A stretch of 43,800 nucleotides of DNA, taken from Paecilomyces variotii (Eukaryota). Location of the stretch: assembly GCA_004022145.1 (NCBI GenBank), contig RCNU01000033.1, one strand, 5' to 3'. The position numbers were made by a program, and so were the translations under genes. The notes beneath the pieces are model-generated. The model saw only the letters and a list, made by a program, of their open reading frames with translations, did not search any database and had not been told where the DNA came from. Below are positions 23,714-37,787 of the stretch, piece after piece (position 1 is the stretch's first letter; every line of letters starts with the position of its first letter).

Positions 23714-26700
23714 TATTAAGGTATAGGCTTAAGAAGTAAGTTAGAATAAATAGAATAAGGTAATTAATACTAAAACTAGCTATAAGATCTTTATTTAATT
23801 AATTTAAACTAGAATAAGCTATTATAAATAGGCTTAATAAATAAAATATAGCTTAAAGAGCTTAAATCTAGATTAAATTATATATTAAAGATATCTTTTA
23901 TAAGATTATATAGTTTTTTATATAATTTAAAAAAGTTAAGCTTTATTTTTTTAAATTAAGTAAGTATTAGCTAATAGATTTTTTTAAGTAATTTATTTCT
24001 TATATTAGTATTATAATAATATTTCTCTTTTTAAAATTAAGCTTTATTAAGATTATCTCTTAATTTTAGCTTATTTAAATAATAATAATAAAAATTTATA
24101 ATAATCTCTTAAATATATTATAGGTAATATATAGATTCTTTAATTAAGTTATTATAATTTATTTACTTAATAATATATTATAATTAAAAGCCTTTATAAT
24201 TATAATATTTTTATTAGAAGTTTAAAATATTTTTAATAACTTATTTTTTAAAGTTATTAACTTTAATAAATAGTAATAAGAGCTATCTTTATTTAAATAT
24301 AAAGTCCTTAATAATAAGATAAAATAGATTAATATTAAATATAAAATAAATATATATTAAGATAAGTAGATTAAGCTAATAAGTATATAAGCTAATAATC
24401 TTAATAATATAAAATAGATTAAAATTCTTTTAATTAAGCTTTTTCTAAAGATATTAAGTATAAATATTTTAAATATTTAATTAAATAAACTATTCTATAT
24501 AATAATAATAGGCTAAGATTTAATAATAGTTAATCTATTCTTTATAATAAGTTTAAGTAATATAAATTTAAGTATAAATATAATTTATAATATCTTATAT
24601 TTTTTTAATAAAGGCTTTAATATCTTTAATAATAGGCTAGTTTATAGATTAAATAAGCTTAAATCTTATATATAAATAAAACCTATAATTAATAAAAAAG
24701 GGTAATATTTTAATAATCTTAGAATAATAAAAGTTTAATATAAACTTAATTAAAGATAGCTAGTTAACTTAATTATCTTATAAATAATTAATATAAGTAT
24801 ATAAATATTATTTTAAGATAATATTTATTCTTTCTATTTAATTATTAATCTTAAGATAATAAATAGTAAATAATAAATTTATAATATCTAAATATTAAGT
24901 TAAATATTTCTAAAAGATAATAATAAATTAAAGGCTTTAATTAAAAATTATAATCTTTAGTAATTTATAAAGCTTTTATATATAGCAGATATATAATTAT
25001 ATTATTTTTTTAATATTATAGATAATTTAATAAAAGATAAAGTATTTTATCTTTATAAATTAATCTATAATAATTAGTATAATATTATAATCTTAATAAG
25101 GTATAAGTTTAATAATAAAGTCTATTAAAATATCTTATTAGAAGTATTTAAGAATAAAGAGCTAATATAAAACTTCTTAATAGCCTTTATTTAAAGGTAT
25201 AATATAATAGTAGATATAATAATTCTAGGTCTAATAATTAATATATTAATATATATTTAGTTAATAATATTCTTATAAAATTAAGTTATATAACTTATAT
25301 TTTTTAAAGTATTTAAATATATATTTATTATAATATTCTTATAATAGGTAAGCTTTTAGCTTATTATAATTAAGTATATATAAATAGTTTTTATAATATA
25401 AATATTTTCCTCTTTATTAATAATTAATTAATATAATCTTAAGGTAATAATTAGCTTTATAATTTAAGGCTTATAAGATAGATTATATTAAATTATTAAA
25501 TAAATAAGCTATATCTAATAGATTCTTAATATTAAGTAAAAACTTTAGCTTATTAAGTATAATAAGAGAACTTAGCTAATTTTATTTAATAAATAGGGCT
25601 ATTTTTTTAATAAATAGAATAATCTCTTTAATAGGCTAACTTATCTTCTTAATAAATTAAATAATCTTAATAAATTAGTTAAGTAATAAAATAGACTAAG
25701 TAAATTCTTTAAATTAAATAGTTTAACTTCTTAAAATAAATTAAATAAATATTTTTATAAGTTTAATAAGATTTCTAGCTTTTTAAGCTATTAAGTTAAT
25801 AAAATAAATATATCTTATTACTTAACTTTTAATAATAGCTTTTAACTTTAAAAACCTTTAAATCTATAAGTTAAGGTTCTTCTTCTTTAAGATTATCTAA
25901 CTCTAATATTATAGCTATTTATCTCTTTTTTTTAAAAAAATTCTCTAACCTCCTAATTAAAGTATTAAGCTTTATTCTTTATTTTCTTAGATAATATATA
26001 ATTTAGAAGTTAAATTAAAATAGAAACTTAGATTAATAGGCTTATTATTAGTTTAATAGCTTAATTAATATAGAATATTTTAAATTATAATAATTTATAA
26101 TAACTTTAATTAGTAATAATATATCTTTAAACTTAAAGTATTATTCTTTAAAATAATAAATAATTACTAATAGTTTTTTATTATAAATCTTATAATTATA
26201 TTCTATAATAAAAAGCCTTTTTAAGAAAAATATAATAAGATATAAGATTTCTTTATTATTATATTAAGATATAATTCTAATTAATATATAGTTAGATAAA
26301 TTAGTTTTAATTATAATCTTATAAGTTTAGTTAAATAGCTTTAAGATTAAGGCTTAAATAAATACTTCTTTTAAGACTTTAAAACTAGACTAGTAAGTAA
26401 TTATTTAATTAAAAGAAACTCTTTAAGTTAAGTTTATAAATAATATAATTATTTTAAAAAAGTTATAAATAAACTAGTAATAAAAGTTATTAAACCTAAT
26501 AAAAGCTTATATATTAATTATATAGGTTAAAGTCTTCTATTTAATAATTATTTTTACTTTATTTAAATTTATTTTAATATAATCTTAGCTAATAATAATA
26601 TCTAAGAATTTAATCTTAGAGATAATAAATTTATACTTCTAGATCTTTATATATAAGCTTATTTTATATAGCTTTTATAAGATAGTATAAATATATTAAA

Positions 26701-27238
26701 TATATTTAGAATAAATTATACTATATATTAAGATATTATTAAGGTATATAATATAAAAGATATTAAAATAGTTTTATAAAGTATTATTAATAAACTATTA
26801 AAATATTATTAAGGCTTCTATTAAACTAAATAGTATTATTAATAATTTAAATTAGCTAAGTTAAGTATAGAAAATAATTAGATATTCTTATCTCTTTTTA
26901 ATATAAAGGTTATTAAATATAGAAATAATATTAATCTTTATAAAATATCTTATTCTCTTTAAATTATTTAAAGTCTCTTTTATTAAAAGTAAAGAATATT
27001 AGTTTTTAATAATTATTATATTTAAGGCCTAGTAATCTATATAGATTTATATTCTTTTATTAAATTTTTTAATAAATAGAATTAAAGATATAGTAAGTAA
27101 AAAACTTAAGTAAAAAAATTCTTTTTTTAGATTTTTTTTAATTTATTCCTTTAAGATCTTTAATTTATCTTAAGATATAATATATAAGAGCTTAAAGAAA
27201 AGTAATTTCCCCTTTAATAATTTAATATTATAATTATA
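23714..27238 (-). mobile_element. Gypsy family B, 3' part (RT, RH, IN, chromodomain, 3' LTR 23714-24018)
   Basis: 24019-26393 is the reverse complement of 19138-22011 without the MITE. YLDD at 26735-26746. Ends at Mutator-like MITE copy 1. Confidence 0.9.
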
Positions 27239-27757
27239 GGGCCTACACCTCGGCCCAGCCGGGGGCGAGCTTAGCCCACCCTAGAAGCTCAGCCTACCCG
27301 AGTATTTTTACCATTTTTTAAGTGGGCCGAGCTTTTAAACTAAAAACTTTAAAAATTTATTAAAAGTCGAAACCTAAAGATATTTCACTCGAAATTAAAT
27401 ATTTATATAGGTTATAACCTATATCTTATATATATAAAAAAAGAAAAATTAAATATCTAAAAATCGATTTTTAAGAATTAAAAAACCAAGAAAGATTTGT
27501 AATTTTCGAATTTCTATGTGTAATTTACTAACTCTTGCCCTAGCGTACCCAATTAAAATCCTAAAATCCTAATTTTAATATATAATGTAGACTAAAATAT
27601 AAATTATTTTATAATATTTTTTATATATTTCTACTATGCCTAAATAGGCTAGGAAAAATCAAAGTTTCTTGGGGTGCGCCGAGATCCCAAATACTTGGGT
27701 GGTATGAGCTTTTAGGGTGGGCTGAGCTCGTCCCCGGCTGGGCTGAGCTACATCCCG
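27239..27757 (+). mobile_element. Mutator-like MITE (519 bp), copy 1
   Basis: GC-rich imperfect TIRs of ~69 bp (GGGCCTACACCTCGGCCCAGCCGGGG... / ...CCCCGGCTGGGCTGAGCTACATCCCG). Near-identical to 37788-38306 and 42973-43491. Its own two flanks do not form a TSD. Confidence 0.88.
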
Positions 27758-28002
27758 GACTAGCTATAAGATCTCTATTTAGCTAATTTAGACTAAAATA
27801 AGCTATTATAAATAAGCTTAGTAAATAAAATATAGCTTAAAAAGCTTAAATCTAGATTAAGCTATATATTAAAGATATCTTTTATAAAGTTATATAGTTT
27901 CTTATATAATTTAAAAGAGTTAAGCTTTATTCTTTTAAATTAAGTAAGTATTAGCTAGTAAATTTTCTTAAGCGACTTATCTCTCGCGCTAATACTATAA
28001 TA
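27758..28002 (-). repeat. Truncated family B LTR
   Basis: Matches the last ~245 bp (plus-strand view) of 18833-19137; cut at the MITE boundary. Confidence 0.88.
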
Positions 28003-28832
28003 TTAAATATTTAGAAATATTTAAGTTTATAAGATTATATAGTTATATTAAGGCTAGCTTTTTTTTATATAAGGTTTTTTTAAGGCTAAATATAGGTTCT
28101 TATAATAAGAATAGAGTTTAAATTAAATATAAAAGATTAAGCGCGCTAAATAAGCTTTAAAATAATATTATAAGTCTTTATAGTAAAAGATTAATTTATA
28201 ATATATTAATAATAATAATTCTTAAAATCTTATAAGAATTTAATAAATTAATAATATTTATAACTTAAGGGCTAACTATATAAGAATATTTTTTAAAGCT
28301 TTTAATTAATAGTTTATTTAAATAAAGTAAATAATATTTTTTAAATATTTCTCCCTTTAATATTAAATACTAGAACTTAATAAAAAAGGTTTTAAACTTT
28401 TTATTAATTTAATAAAGGTTAAATAGTTTATTATATATATTATTTATATAATTAAAATTATTAAATATATACTTTAAGAGATCTAGAATCTCCTAATAAT
28501 TATTAAGAATATAAGTCTTATTCTTAATATAGGGTAATACCTAAATATAAGATACGCCCTTTAAGTAATTAATTATATAAATTATATAGTTTTAAGAGAT
28601 TAAGAATTAGTTTTAATTAATTATTATTTTTTTTAAATTTAAGCTATAAAGTACTAAAGATTTTTTTAATTATTTTTAAACTTATTTAAGTTTAGAAATT
28701 ATTTTAAAAGTTTAAGAATAAAAAAAATATAATAATAAGTATTTTAAATATTTTTATTAAAATAATTATAAGTCTTTTAGTATTAAACTTAAGTTTAAGT
28801 ATAAATAAAAATATATTTATAATAGGTATAAT

Positions 28833-28988
28833 TAATATAAGATAAAAAGATTAATATTAAAAATAATTCTTATTAAAAAATTAGAAGAAATCTTAAGATC
28901 TAATAAGTCTAAATATAAGAAGTTATATAATATATTATATAATTAGTAAGTTATATAACTTAAGGTTTAAGAGATTATCTCTATAATA
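28833..28988. repeat. Small solo LTR-like insertion (156 bp), family E
   Basis: Absent from the homologous B copies (~18465, ~40615). Ends ta...ata (RIPed TG...CA); 5-bp TSD ataat/ataac; agttatataact could be RIPed AGTCACGTGACT. Confidence 0.65.
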
Positions 28989-31900
28989 ATAACTATATAA
29001 TAGGCTTAATCTTTTTTAAAAATAGCTTAAATATATTACTATTTCTTTTTTTAAAGCTAGATCTTTTAATATTATTAAATAGCCTTAAATTTAATAATTT
29101 CTTATTTAAGTCTCTATTAAATAATAATAAATTCTTATTAAAGCTTTTAAAAATATATTTTAACTTAATAGTTTATTTTATTTATAGTAGTTTTAACCCT
29201 ATTAATATATTTATATATTAAATAATAATATTTATATTATTCTAGCCTATAGCTAGTAATAATATATTTAATAAATTTATTTAAAGTAATTAGTAAGAAT
29301 AAAAGAATTAAAATAAATATCTTTAATTATTATAGCGCTTAGTAAGAAAATAAAGTAAAAGATTTGCTAGTAAAACTCTTAACTACTTATATTATTTAAA
29401 AATAATTAGGAGATAAAGAAATTTATAAATAAAAGAATTAAGATTTTTTTTTAAATTCTTTTTTTTTTTCTCTTTAGCTTGAAGTTCTCTATTATATTAC
29501 TTTACTAGATTAAAGCTTTAATAAATCTAATTTAGTCTGCTTAAGCGTAATATTACTTTAAGCTTATTTTACTTATCTTATTTTATTTTATTTTTAAAGT
29601 TTTTTATCTAAGTATTTCTTACTACTTATAAAATCTATTTACTAATTAATAAAATATTAAACTTAAATTAGGTTTTTACTATAATAAAACTTATTAATAA
29701 ATCTAATTATCTTAAAAATAATCTTAAAGAATATAGTAAGAAGCCTAAATAAGAACTAAAAAAAAAAACTAATAATTAATATATTTTATTTTATTAGAAT
29801 AATAAGCTAATAAAACTCTTTTAAGATAAGTTCTAGAAAATCCTTAAAAAAGATCTTATTAAAATCTAGAATATATAGTATTATACTACTATTATCTTCC
29901 TAAAAAAGATTAATAACTTAAAGTATATTAAATATTTAAATAAATATATAATTAAATATAACTATAATCTTACCTAATAGCTTTATTAAAAAAAATATTA
30001 TATAATAAAGATAAAATAATAAATTATAAAACTTATTTATAAATAAAAAGATTATAAGAAGGCTATTATAAATATAGCTCTTTATTTTAAATATAAGGGT
30101 ATTTTAAGATCTAGGGGTAATTAGCCTTAATACTTTATTAAATTACTTAACTCGCCCTTATTTATTAATAAAAAAGATTTTAAATTTAATAATTAGCTAT
30201 TATAGATTAAAAATAAGTTAAAAATAAATATTAACTATTATAGAAGTAATTATCTTTATATTATATATATTTAAAGCTATCTAGGTAAAAAGAGTATAGT
30301 TTATATATCTCTAAGATTTTATAAAGATTTAAGCCTTCTCTTTTAAATAGCTAAAGAGATATTTAATTATTTTTAGGCTATATTTTATAACTTAAATTAT
30401 TAATAAAATATAAAATACTAGTTTATTAACCTATATATAAAGATATATTAAAAGTATAATAATTTCTTTATAAAATTTATAAGGCTAATAAGTAAAGTAA
30501 GTATATATTTTAATAATTATTAAACTAAGATATATAATAAAATAACTCTCTCTTTTAAAAGCCTTATTATTAGCTAATATTATTAAATTAAATATATTAA
30601 TAATTTTAAAGATATTTATTATTAAACTATTTATACTTTTTAAAAGAATAATAAAAATAATTATAAGGCTAGCTAAAATATAAATTTAAATATTAAAACT
30701 TTCTCTTAAACTTTATTTAATTAACTTAATAATAATTTATTTATTCTTAAAATTAATATTAAATTATCTATTATTAACTATAAGATATTAATAAAAGAAA
30801 AGAAGTATTTTTTTTATAAAGTAAAAGAATATTTTATTATTAATTATTTATTAAAAAAAGCTATAATAAATATTAAAAACTTAGAGATTAAGGAAAAAAA
30901 GAATAAATAGGATTTAAAAAATATTAACTCTTAGATTAAGATTTTAACTTAAGGGTTAATAGAGAACTAGTAGAGATTAATCTTAATTATTTCTTAAAGA
31001 GTAATTACTTTATTAAGCTTAATATAATTTATAAAAATAAATATAATATTAAGCTCTTTACTCTACTAGATTTTAAAATAAATAAACTCTATTTTTTTAA
31101 TTACTTATTAATCTTATTAATTATCTAGTTTTTAAATATTTCTTTAAAACCTTTATATTAACTTATATTTATTAATAGCTATAATAACTAAATTAGAGAA
31201 TAAATAGATTATATTCTTATTATTAATTTAAAGATTAATAGGAGAATTTATTTAAATCTCCCTATATTAATTATTAACCTAAATTATTATAACTTAATCT
31301 TTAAATAAAAATAAATAGCTAAAGAGTTTATTTTCTTAAATATTTAAAATTAATAATTAATTTAGCCGTATAATAATTTATAAATTTATTAATTTTAATA
31401 GAAGCTAGTTATTATAAAAAAGAATTTAATAAGGCTACTCTTAAACCTTAAATATTAATAAGATATTAATAAAAAAGACTTATAAATAGAGAAATAGATC
31501 TAGATCTTAAAAAGAGAAAATTCTCTCTATTATTAATCTCTATAAACTAAATAAATTAATACTTAATTAGTTTTAATAAAAATATAATATAAATTAAAAA
31601 ATTAATTTAATTTCTTACTTTTAATAATTATAAAGTTATATTCTCTTAAAATAAATATTAAGATAATATTAAATATTATATATATAAGAATAGAGAAATT
31701 TTAATAAATATTATATAAGAAAGATATAAAGGTTTTTATTATTAGCCTATATAAGATTAATAAAATTATTAAATAAAGGTCTTTAGCTATATAGGAAGAA
31801 TAGAAATTTTTAAAGCTAATTTATAAATATCTTTTTATAATTTATAAAGACTTTTTTAATATTTTCTTTAAATAAGTATTTAATAAACTATTTCTTTATT

Positions 31901-32883
31901 AGCCCTATAACTATAAAATAAAACTTAAAGAAGAGATTTTTTTAAGATATTAACTTTTTTATAAATAATTACTAGAGAAGCTAGAAATATTTAAAATATA
32001 TCTAATTAATAATTTAAAGAAAGACTTTATCTTATTTAGCTAAGAATTCTTTATCTTATTAATTTTTTTTATAAAAAAAGTAAATAAAAGATTATAATTT
32101 TATATTAATTATTATTACTTAAATATAATTATAAAAAAAGATTATTATCTCTTATTATTAATTAATAAAACCTTAGTTAAGATTAATTAAGCTAAGATCT
32201 TTATAAAGCTAAATATTTAATAAGTATTTTATAAGATTTAAATAGATTTTAATTTAAAAGCTTTAATAACTTTTTATATAAAATATAAGACTTATAAATA
32301 TTATATACTTCCTTTTAAGCTTATTAATAGACTAGCTATATTTTAATAATATATAAATAACCTCTTTTTTAACCTATTAAATAATTATATAAGTATTTAC
32401 TTAAATAATATTTTAATTTATTCTAATAATAAATAAAAATATTATTTCTAAATAAAAGAAGTGCTATTTTATTTATAAAAGGCTAGTTTATAAGCTAATA
32501 TTAAAAAATATAAATTTTATATTATATAGATAAAATATCTTAGTTTTATTATTAGTATAAAAAATATTAAAGTTAACTTTAAAAAAGTTACTATTATTTA
32601 AGATTAAAAATAGCCTAGAATAATTTATAAGATTTATTTATTTTTAAGTTTCTATAACTTTTATAAAAGGTTTATTAAAAACTATAATTATATTATAAAA
32701 CTAATAATAGATTTAATTAAAGAAAATTACTTATTTAATTTTAATTAGAAGTATTATAAGGCTTTTAAAATATTAAAAGAATATCTTTAATTAATATTAA
32801 TTTTATATAATTCTAATTCTAATAAGAGTATATATATTAAAATAAATATTTTAAATAGTATTATAGCTACTATACTTATTTAA

Positions 32884-33791
32884 TATTAAGGTATAGGCTT
32901 AGGAAGTAAGTTAAAATAAATAGAATAAGGTAGTTAATATTAAGACTAGCTATAAAATCTCTATTTAGCTAATTTAAATTAAAATAAACTATTATAAGTA
33001 GACTTAATAAATAAGATATAGCTTAAAAAGCTTAAATCTAAATTAAGCTATATACTGAAAATATCTTTTATAAGGTTATATAGTTCCTTATATAATTTAA
33101 AAGAATTAAGCCTTACTCTTTTAAATTAAATAAGTATTAGCTAATAGATCTTTTTAAGTAATTTATCTCTTATACTAATACTATAATAATACTTCTCTTC
33201 TTAGAATTAGCCTTAAGTTTAATAATTTTTTATTTAAATCTTTATTAAATAATAATAAATTCTTATTAAAGCTCTTAAAAGTATATTTTAATTTAATAAT
33301 TTATTTTATTTATAGTAGTCTTAGCTTTATTAATATATTTATATATTAAGTAGTAATATTTATATTATTCTAGCCTATAGCTAGTAGTAATATATTTAAT
33401 AAACTTATTTAAAGTAATTAGCAGGAATAAGAGAATTAAGATAAATATTTTTAATAATATTAACTCCTAGGTAAAAAGCTATATAATATTAAGATATAGG
33501 CTTAAAAAGTAAGTTAAAATAAATATAATAAGATAGTTAATACTAGGACTAGCTATAAGATCTTTATTTAGCTAATTTAGACTAAAATAGGCTATTACAG
33601 ATAAGCTTAATAAATAAAATATAGCTTAAAAAGCTTAAATCTAGATTAAGCTATATGCTAAAAATATCTTTTATAAGGTTATATAATTCCTTATATAATT
33701 TAAAAGAGTTAGGCCTTACTCTTTTAAATTAAGTAAGTATTAACTAGTAAATCTTCTTAAGTAACTTATTTCCCGCGCTAGTACTATAATA
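32884..33791 (-). mobile_element. TRIM-like non-autonomous derivative of family B (908 bp: LTR, 298 bp, LTR)
   Basis: LTRs at 32884-33188 and 33487-33791. The interior is the B 5' leader fused directly to the PPT end. Flanks tttaa/cttag differ only by RIP-type transitions. Confidence 0.85.
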
Positions 33792-33922
33792 CTTAGTAAG
33801 TAAATAAATAAGATTTTTAGTATTTAATAACTTATTACTTAAAGATAATAATATTAACTAAGTATAATTATTTAATTTATAATAAGAAGCTCTTAATAAT
33901 TATATAAGCTCTTAAGAAATAG

Positions 33923-34266
33923 TATTATAGGATAAAGTATTAAGACTTAGTAATAAGTCTTAGAGTATAAGGAAATAGAGGAAGAGAAGAAGAGCTTTAT
34001 TCTTTAGGGCTTAAAGTAGAGTTAAAAGAGAAACTCTAATAATAAAGTAATATAATAAGTAGAAGCTGCTTTATTATTAAACTAATATTAAATAATAACT
34101 AAAGGGGGAACTGCTTATTTTATTCTGTATTAATTAATTAATACTCTTTTATTCTCCTCTCTACCTTATTAAAAGTATTTAAGCTACCTCTTCTAATAAT
34201 AGTATATAACTTGCTAATTTAATTATATCTTCAGAACCTCCTTAATTACTATTTCTCCTTACTATA
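33923..34266 (-). repeat. Solo LTR related to family A (344 bp)
   Basis: Similar to 9333-9658; 4-bp TSD atag (33919-33922 / 34267-34270). Removing it restores the RNase H reading of D. Confidence 0.82.
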
Positions 34267-37200
34267 ATAGTATATAAAGCTTATAGATTTATAAATAAAT
34301 AAGCTATTTAATATTTTAACAGATTATTATACTCTTAAATATTTTATATTTATTAAAGTATTAAATTTAAAATAAGCTTAATAAGTAAAGTTCTTATCTT
34401 ATTATTATTTTTTAATTTAATATTACTCTAAGAAGCTAAATACTTTAGTTAATATTTTATTATAATAAGAAGAGAATATCTCTTAATAAAAAAAGTAAAT
34501 AAACTAATATAAAACCTAATACTTACTAAGACTTAAAGTCTTAAATATATAAATTTAGAAGAAGTTAATAAAGTAAGAGGCTCTCTTAGCTTTAATATTA
34601 ATTAGAGAGTTTATCTTAGTAAATAGAATTCTTAAAGAGAATTATAAGAATATTAAACTAGTATTATTCTATAAAGATATAAGCTAAGAAAACTCTATAT
34701 ATTAATTAATAAATAGGCTCTTATTATATAATAAATAATTAATTATTCTTAATTAAAGAGATTTATAAATATATCTTTTAAATAAAGTCTATTATTAAAT
34801 CTCTACTGCTTATTTTAAATACTAGAAGATATAATAACTAATAAAGTCTTATTATTACTAGCTTTAAATAATTAGTTTTATTAACTAATATATTAATAAT
34901 TATTTAACCTATTATTAAACTAAAAATTCTTAAGACTTTTTACTAAAGCTGCTTTAATTATTACTTATCTCTAAATAACTATAATAATATATTTTAATAG
35001 ATTTTTAATTCTTTTTAAAGAATAAGTATAAGTATAATATAGTATTTATTATAATTAATTGTTTTAATAAGTATTTTATTTTAATTCCTTATTATAATAT
35101 AGTTATAGTATAAACTATAGCTAAGATCTTTCTTAAGTATATATATTATTATAAAGGCGCTTTTAATATAATAGTTTTTAATTAAAGACTATAATTTATT
35201 TTAAATTTTTAAGATAAATTTTATTTATTATTAAGAGTAAAGTTAAAGCTTTCTTTAGCTATATATCTCTAGATAAATAGATAAATAGAAATTTTAAACT
35301 AATATATAGCTTAAAGATTATAACCTTATATTAGCTATTATTAAGATAATTAGTTAAATTATCTCTTAATAGTTAATTTTATAGCAGTAATATTAACCTA
35401 AGAATTTATAAGAATATCTCTATTTATAGTTAAATATAGATATAAGCCTTATATCTTATTTAACTAATAACTAATACTATAGTTTACCTTAATATTTAAA
35501 AAGGCTAACCGAATTAAAGCTTAGTAATAAATATATAGGCTTTAGTAGATCTAGAGAATAATAGAAGCCTTTATTATAAAGGCTTAAGAATAGTAAAAGA
35601 AATAGGCTAATAAATATTATTAAAAGGTTAATTTTAATATTAGTAATAAGGTTTTTATTAAACCTATAAACTAAATATTTAATTAATCTTTATAAAAGCT
35701 TAATAATTAAATAAAAGGCCCCTTTAAAATTCTTAAGAAGATAAGAAATACTTAGAAGCTAAAGCTCCCTAATATTATAAAGGTTTATTTTATATTTTCT
35801 CTAGATTACTTCTAATAGACGCCGGATAATCTTATTTTATATTAAATCTATAAAGAGTTTCTATTAATTAAGATTTAAGGTAAATTAAAATAAGAAATTA
35901 ATAAAATTTTAGCCGTTTAAACTAAGTATAAATATCTTTAATATTAAGCTATATAAAAGAGGTATAATAAAGATTTAATATAATATTCTGCTAAAAATTT
36001 TAAGAATTCGCTGTTAAAGCTCTAGAAGTTCTATAATAAATTCTCTAAGAAACCTAGACTATTAACTAACTTAAATTATTAAATTAATTATATTAATAAA
36101 GATATTAATCTAGAGAAATAAAAGGATAATAATTATCTTATTAATTTAGGGATAAATTAGCTTAAATAAAGGGGTAATATTATAGCGCTAATATAGCACT
36201 AATTTAATAAAGAGATAAAATAAAAGATTTACTAGTAAAATTCTTAACTATCTATATTATTTAAAAGTAATTAAAAGATAAAAGAATTTATAAATAAAAG
36301 AATTAAGATTCCTTTTCTAAATTCTTTTCTTTTTCTCTTTTTAGCTTAAAGTTCTCTATTATACTATCTTACTAGATTAAAGCTTTAATAAATTTAATTT
36401 AATCTGCTTAAGTATAATATTAATAGTATTAACTCCTAAATAAAAGCTATATAGTATTAAGATATAAGCTTAAGAGGCAGGTTAAAATAAGTAAAATAAA
36501 GTAGTTAATACTAAGACTAGCTATAGAATCTCTTAGTTCCTTATATAATTTAAAAGAGTTAAGCCTTACTCTTTTAAATTAAGTAAGCACTAGCTAATAA
36601 ATCTTCTTAAGCGATTTATTTCTCGCGCTAGTATTATAATAATTATAATAGTAATTAAACTAAAATTAGCTAGCTATATTAATAATCTTATTATTTATAA
36701 AATCTTCTTTATAAAGTATATTATCGGCTTATACTTAAGTATATATTAATATATATTATTATAAGAACTTTAAACCTTATATAAATATATATAAATAAAT
36801 TCTATATATATAGAATTTATATAACTAGGTTAAACTACTAGTTATATAATAAAAGAGAAATATAAATATTATATAATACTATATATACTAAATATATATA
36901 AGGGAAATAGCGAAGTTATACTTATAAATTAAAAGATAATAAAAAGATAAAGAAGAAATAGAGGTAAAGATATAGAAGAAATCTTTAATAAATTAAAGAT
37001 AAGATTAGTTCTCTTTAAGTAATAAATAAAAAAGCTAGAGGTATTATTCTTAATAAAATATATTATTCTTAATAAGTTTTATTTACTATAATATATTAAT
37101 AATCTATATAAATATATATATCTAAAATAAATTAAATCGCATAAGAATTTTCTATAATTATAGATATTTTAAGTATATATAAAGTATATACTATAAATTT

Positions 37201-37787
37201 ACCCGTAAGAGATTATATACTCTCGATATTTAAGTAAGTATACTTTTTATCTATATATTCTATTAGATTATAAGATTAGCCCTTTTAATAGGGCTAAGCC
37301 CTATTATATAAATAAGTAGGCTAATTAATTAAGCTAATTAATTCTCTTAATAAGAGAAATTACTTACTTAATTACTCTAGTTATATAATATCTTAATATT
37401 ATATTCTCTTTTATTATTATTTAATTAAGATCGTCTGCAATCTTTATACTTATAAAGTTTTTACCCCTTAAATAGATTATATTTATTAATATAGTATCTT
37501 ATTATTAATTCTTTAGCTACTTATAGTTTAAAAGCTTAGTTTAATCTATAATATATTCTTTAATTATATAGTAGTTAATTATTCCCCTAATAATAGCTAA
37601 TTATTATTATAGTATATAAGATTAATAACTATAGAATTTACTACTTAATATCTATTATTATTATATATATCTTACTAAGCTAAATAATTCTTTATTTTAA
37701 TCTTAACTCTTATTTACTAATTCTAATTAATTAATATAATTAGATAAAGGTCTTTATTAAGTAATTAAGGTATAGGAGATAATCTAT

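Larger units (their letters stand above)
31000..36060 (+). pseudogene. pol: Family D pol relic (PR-RT-RH-IN-chromodomain)
   Basis: De-RIPed readings: LPFGLTNGPAT (~32310); YLDDILIYS (32398-32424); DKELLAI..AL.EW|RAEL..TDH..LEYF (RNase H, split by a solo LTR); chromodomain EWEIDEILAVR...WKGYDED..WY.A.NFKNSP..L.EFH (~35885-36060). Confidence 0.88.
29328..36419 (+). mobile_element. Full-length chromoviral Gypsy family D, degenerate, with two nested insertions
   Basis: LTRs at 29328-29552 and 36178-36419; 5-bp TSD ttaat on both sides; PPT aaaggggtaa before the 3' LTR. Confidence 0.93.
28003..36641 (-). mobile_element. Family B 5' fragment (28003-29327 plus 36420-36641) split by element D; its 5' LTR 36455-36641 has a ~118-bp internal deletion
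   Basis: 28003-29327 is colinear with ~17634-18800, and the sequence resumes after D at 36420. Confidence 0.82.

Noticed and set aside
27239..27310. GC-rich hairpin-forming islands as tRNA or other ncRNA genes
   Set aside because: They are the TIRs of the Mutator-like MITE, with no cloverleaf or A/B boxes.
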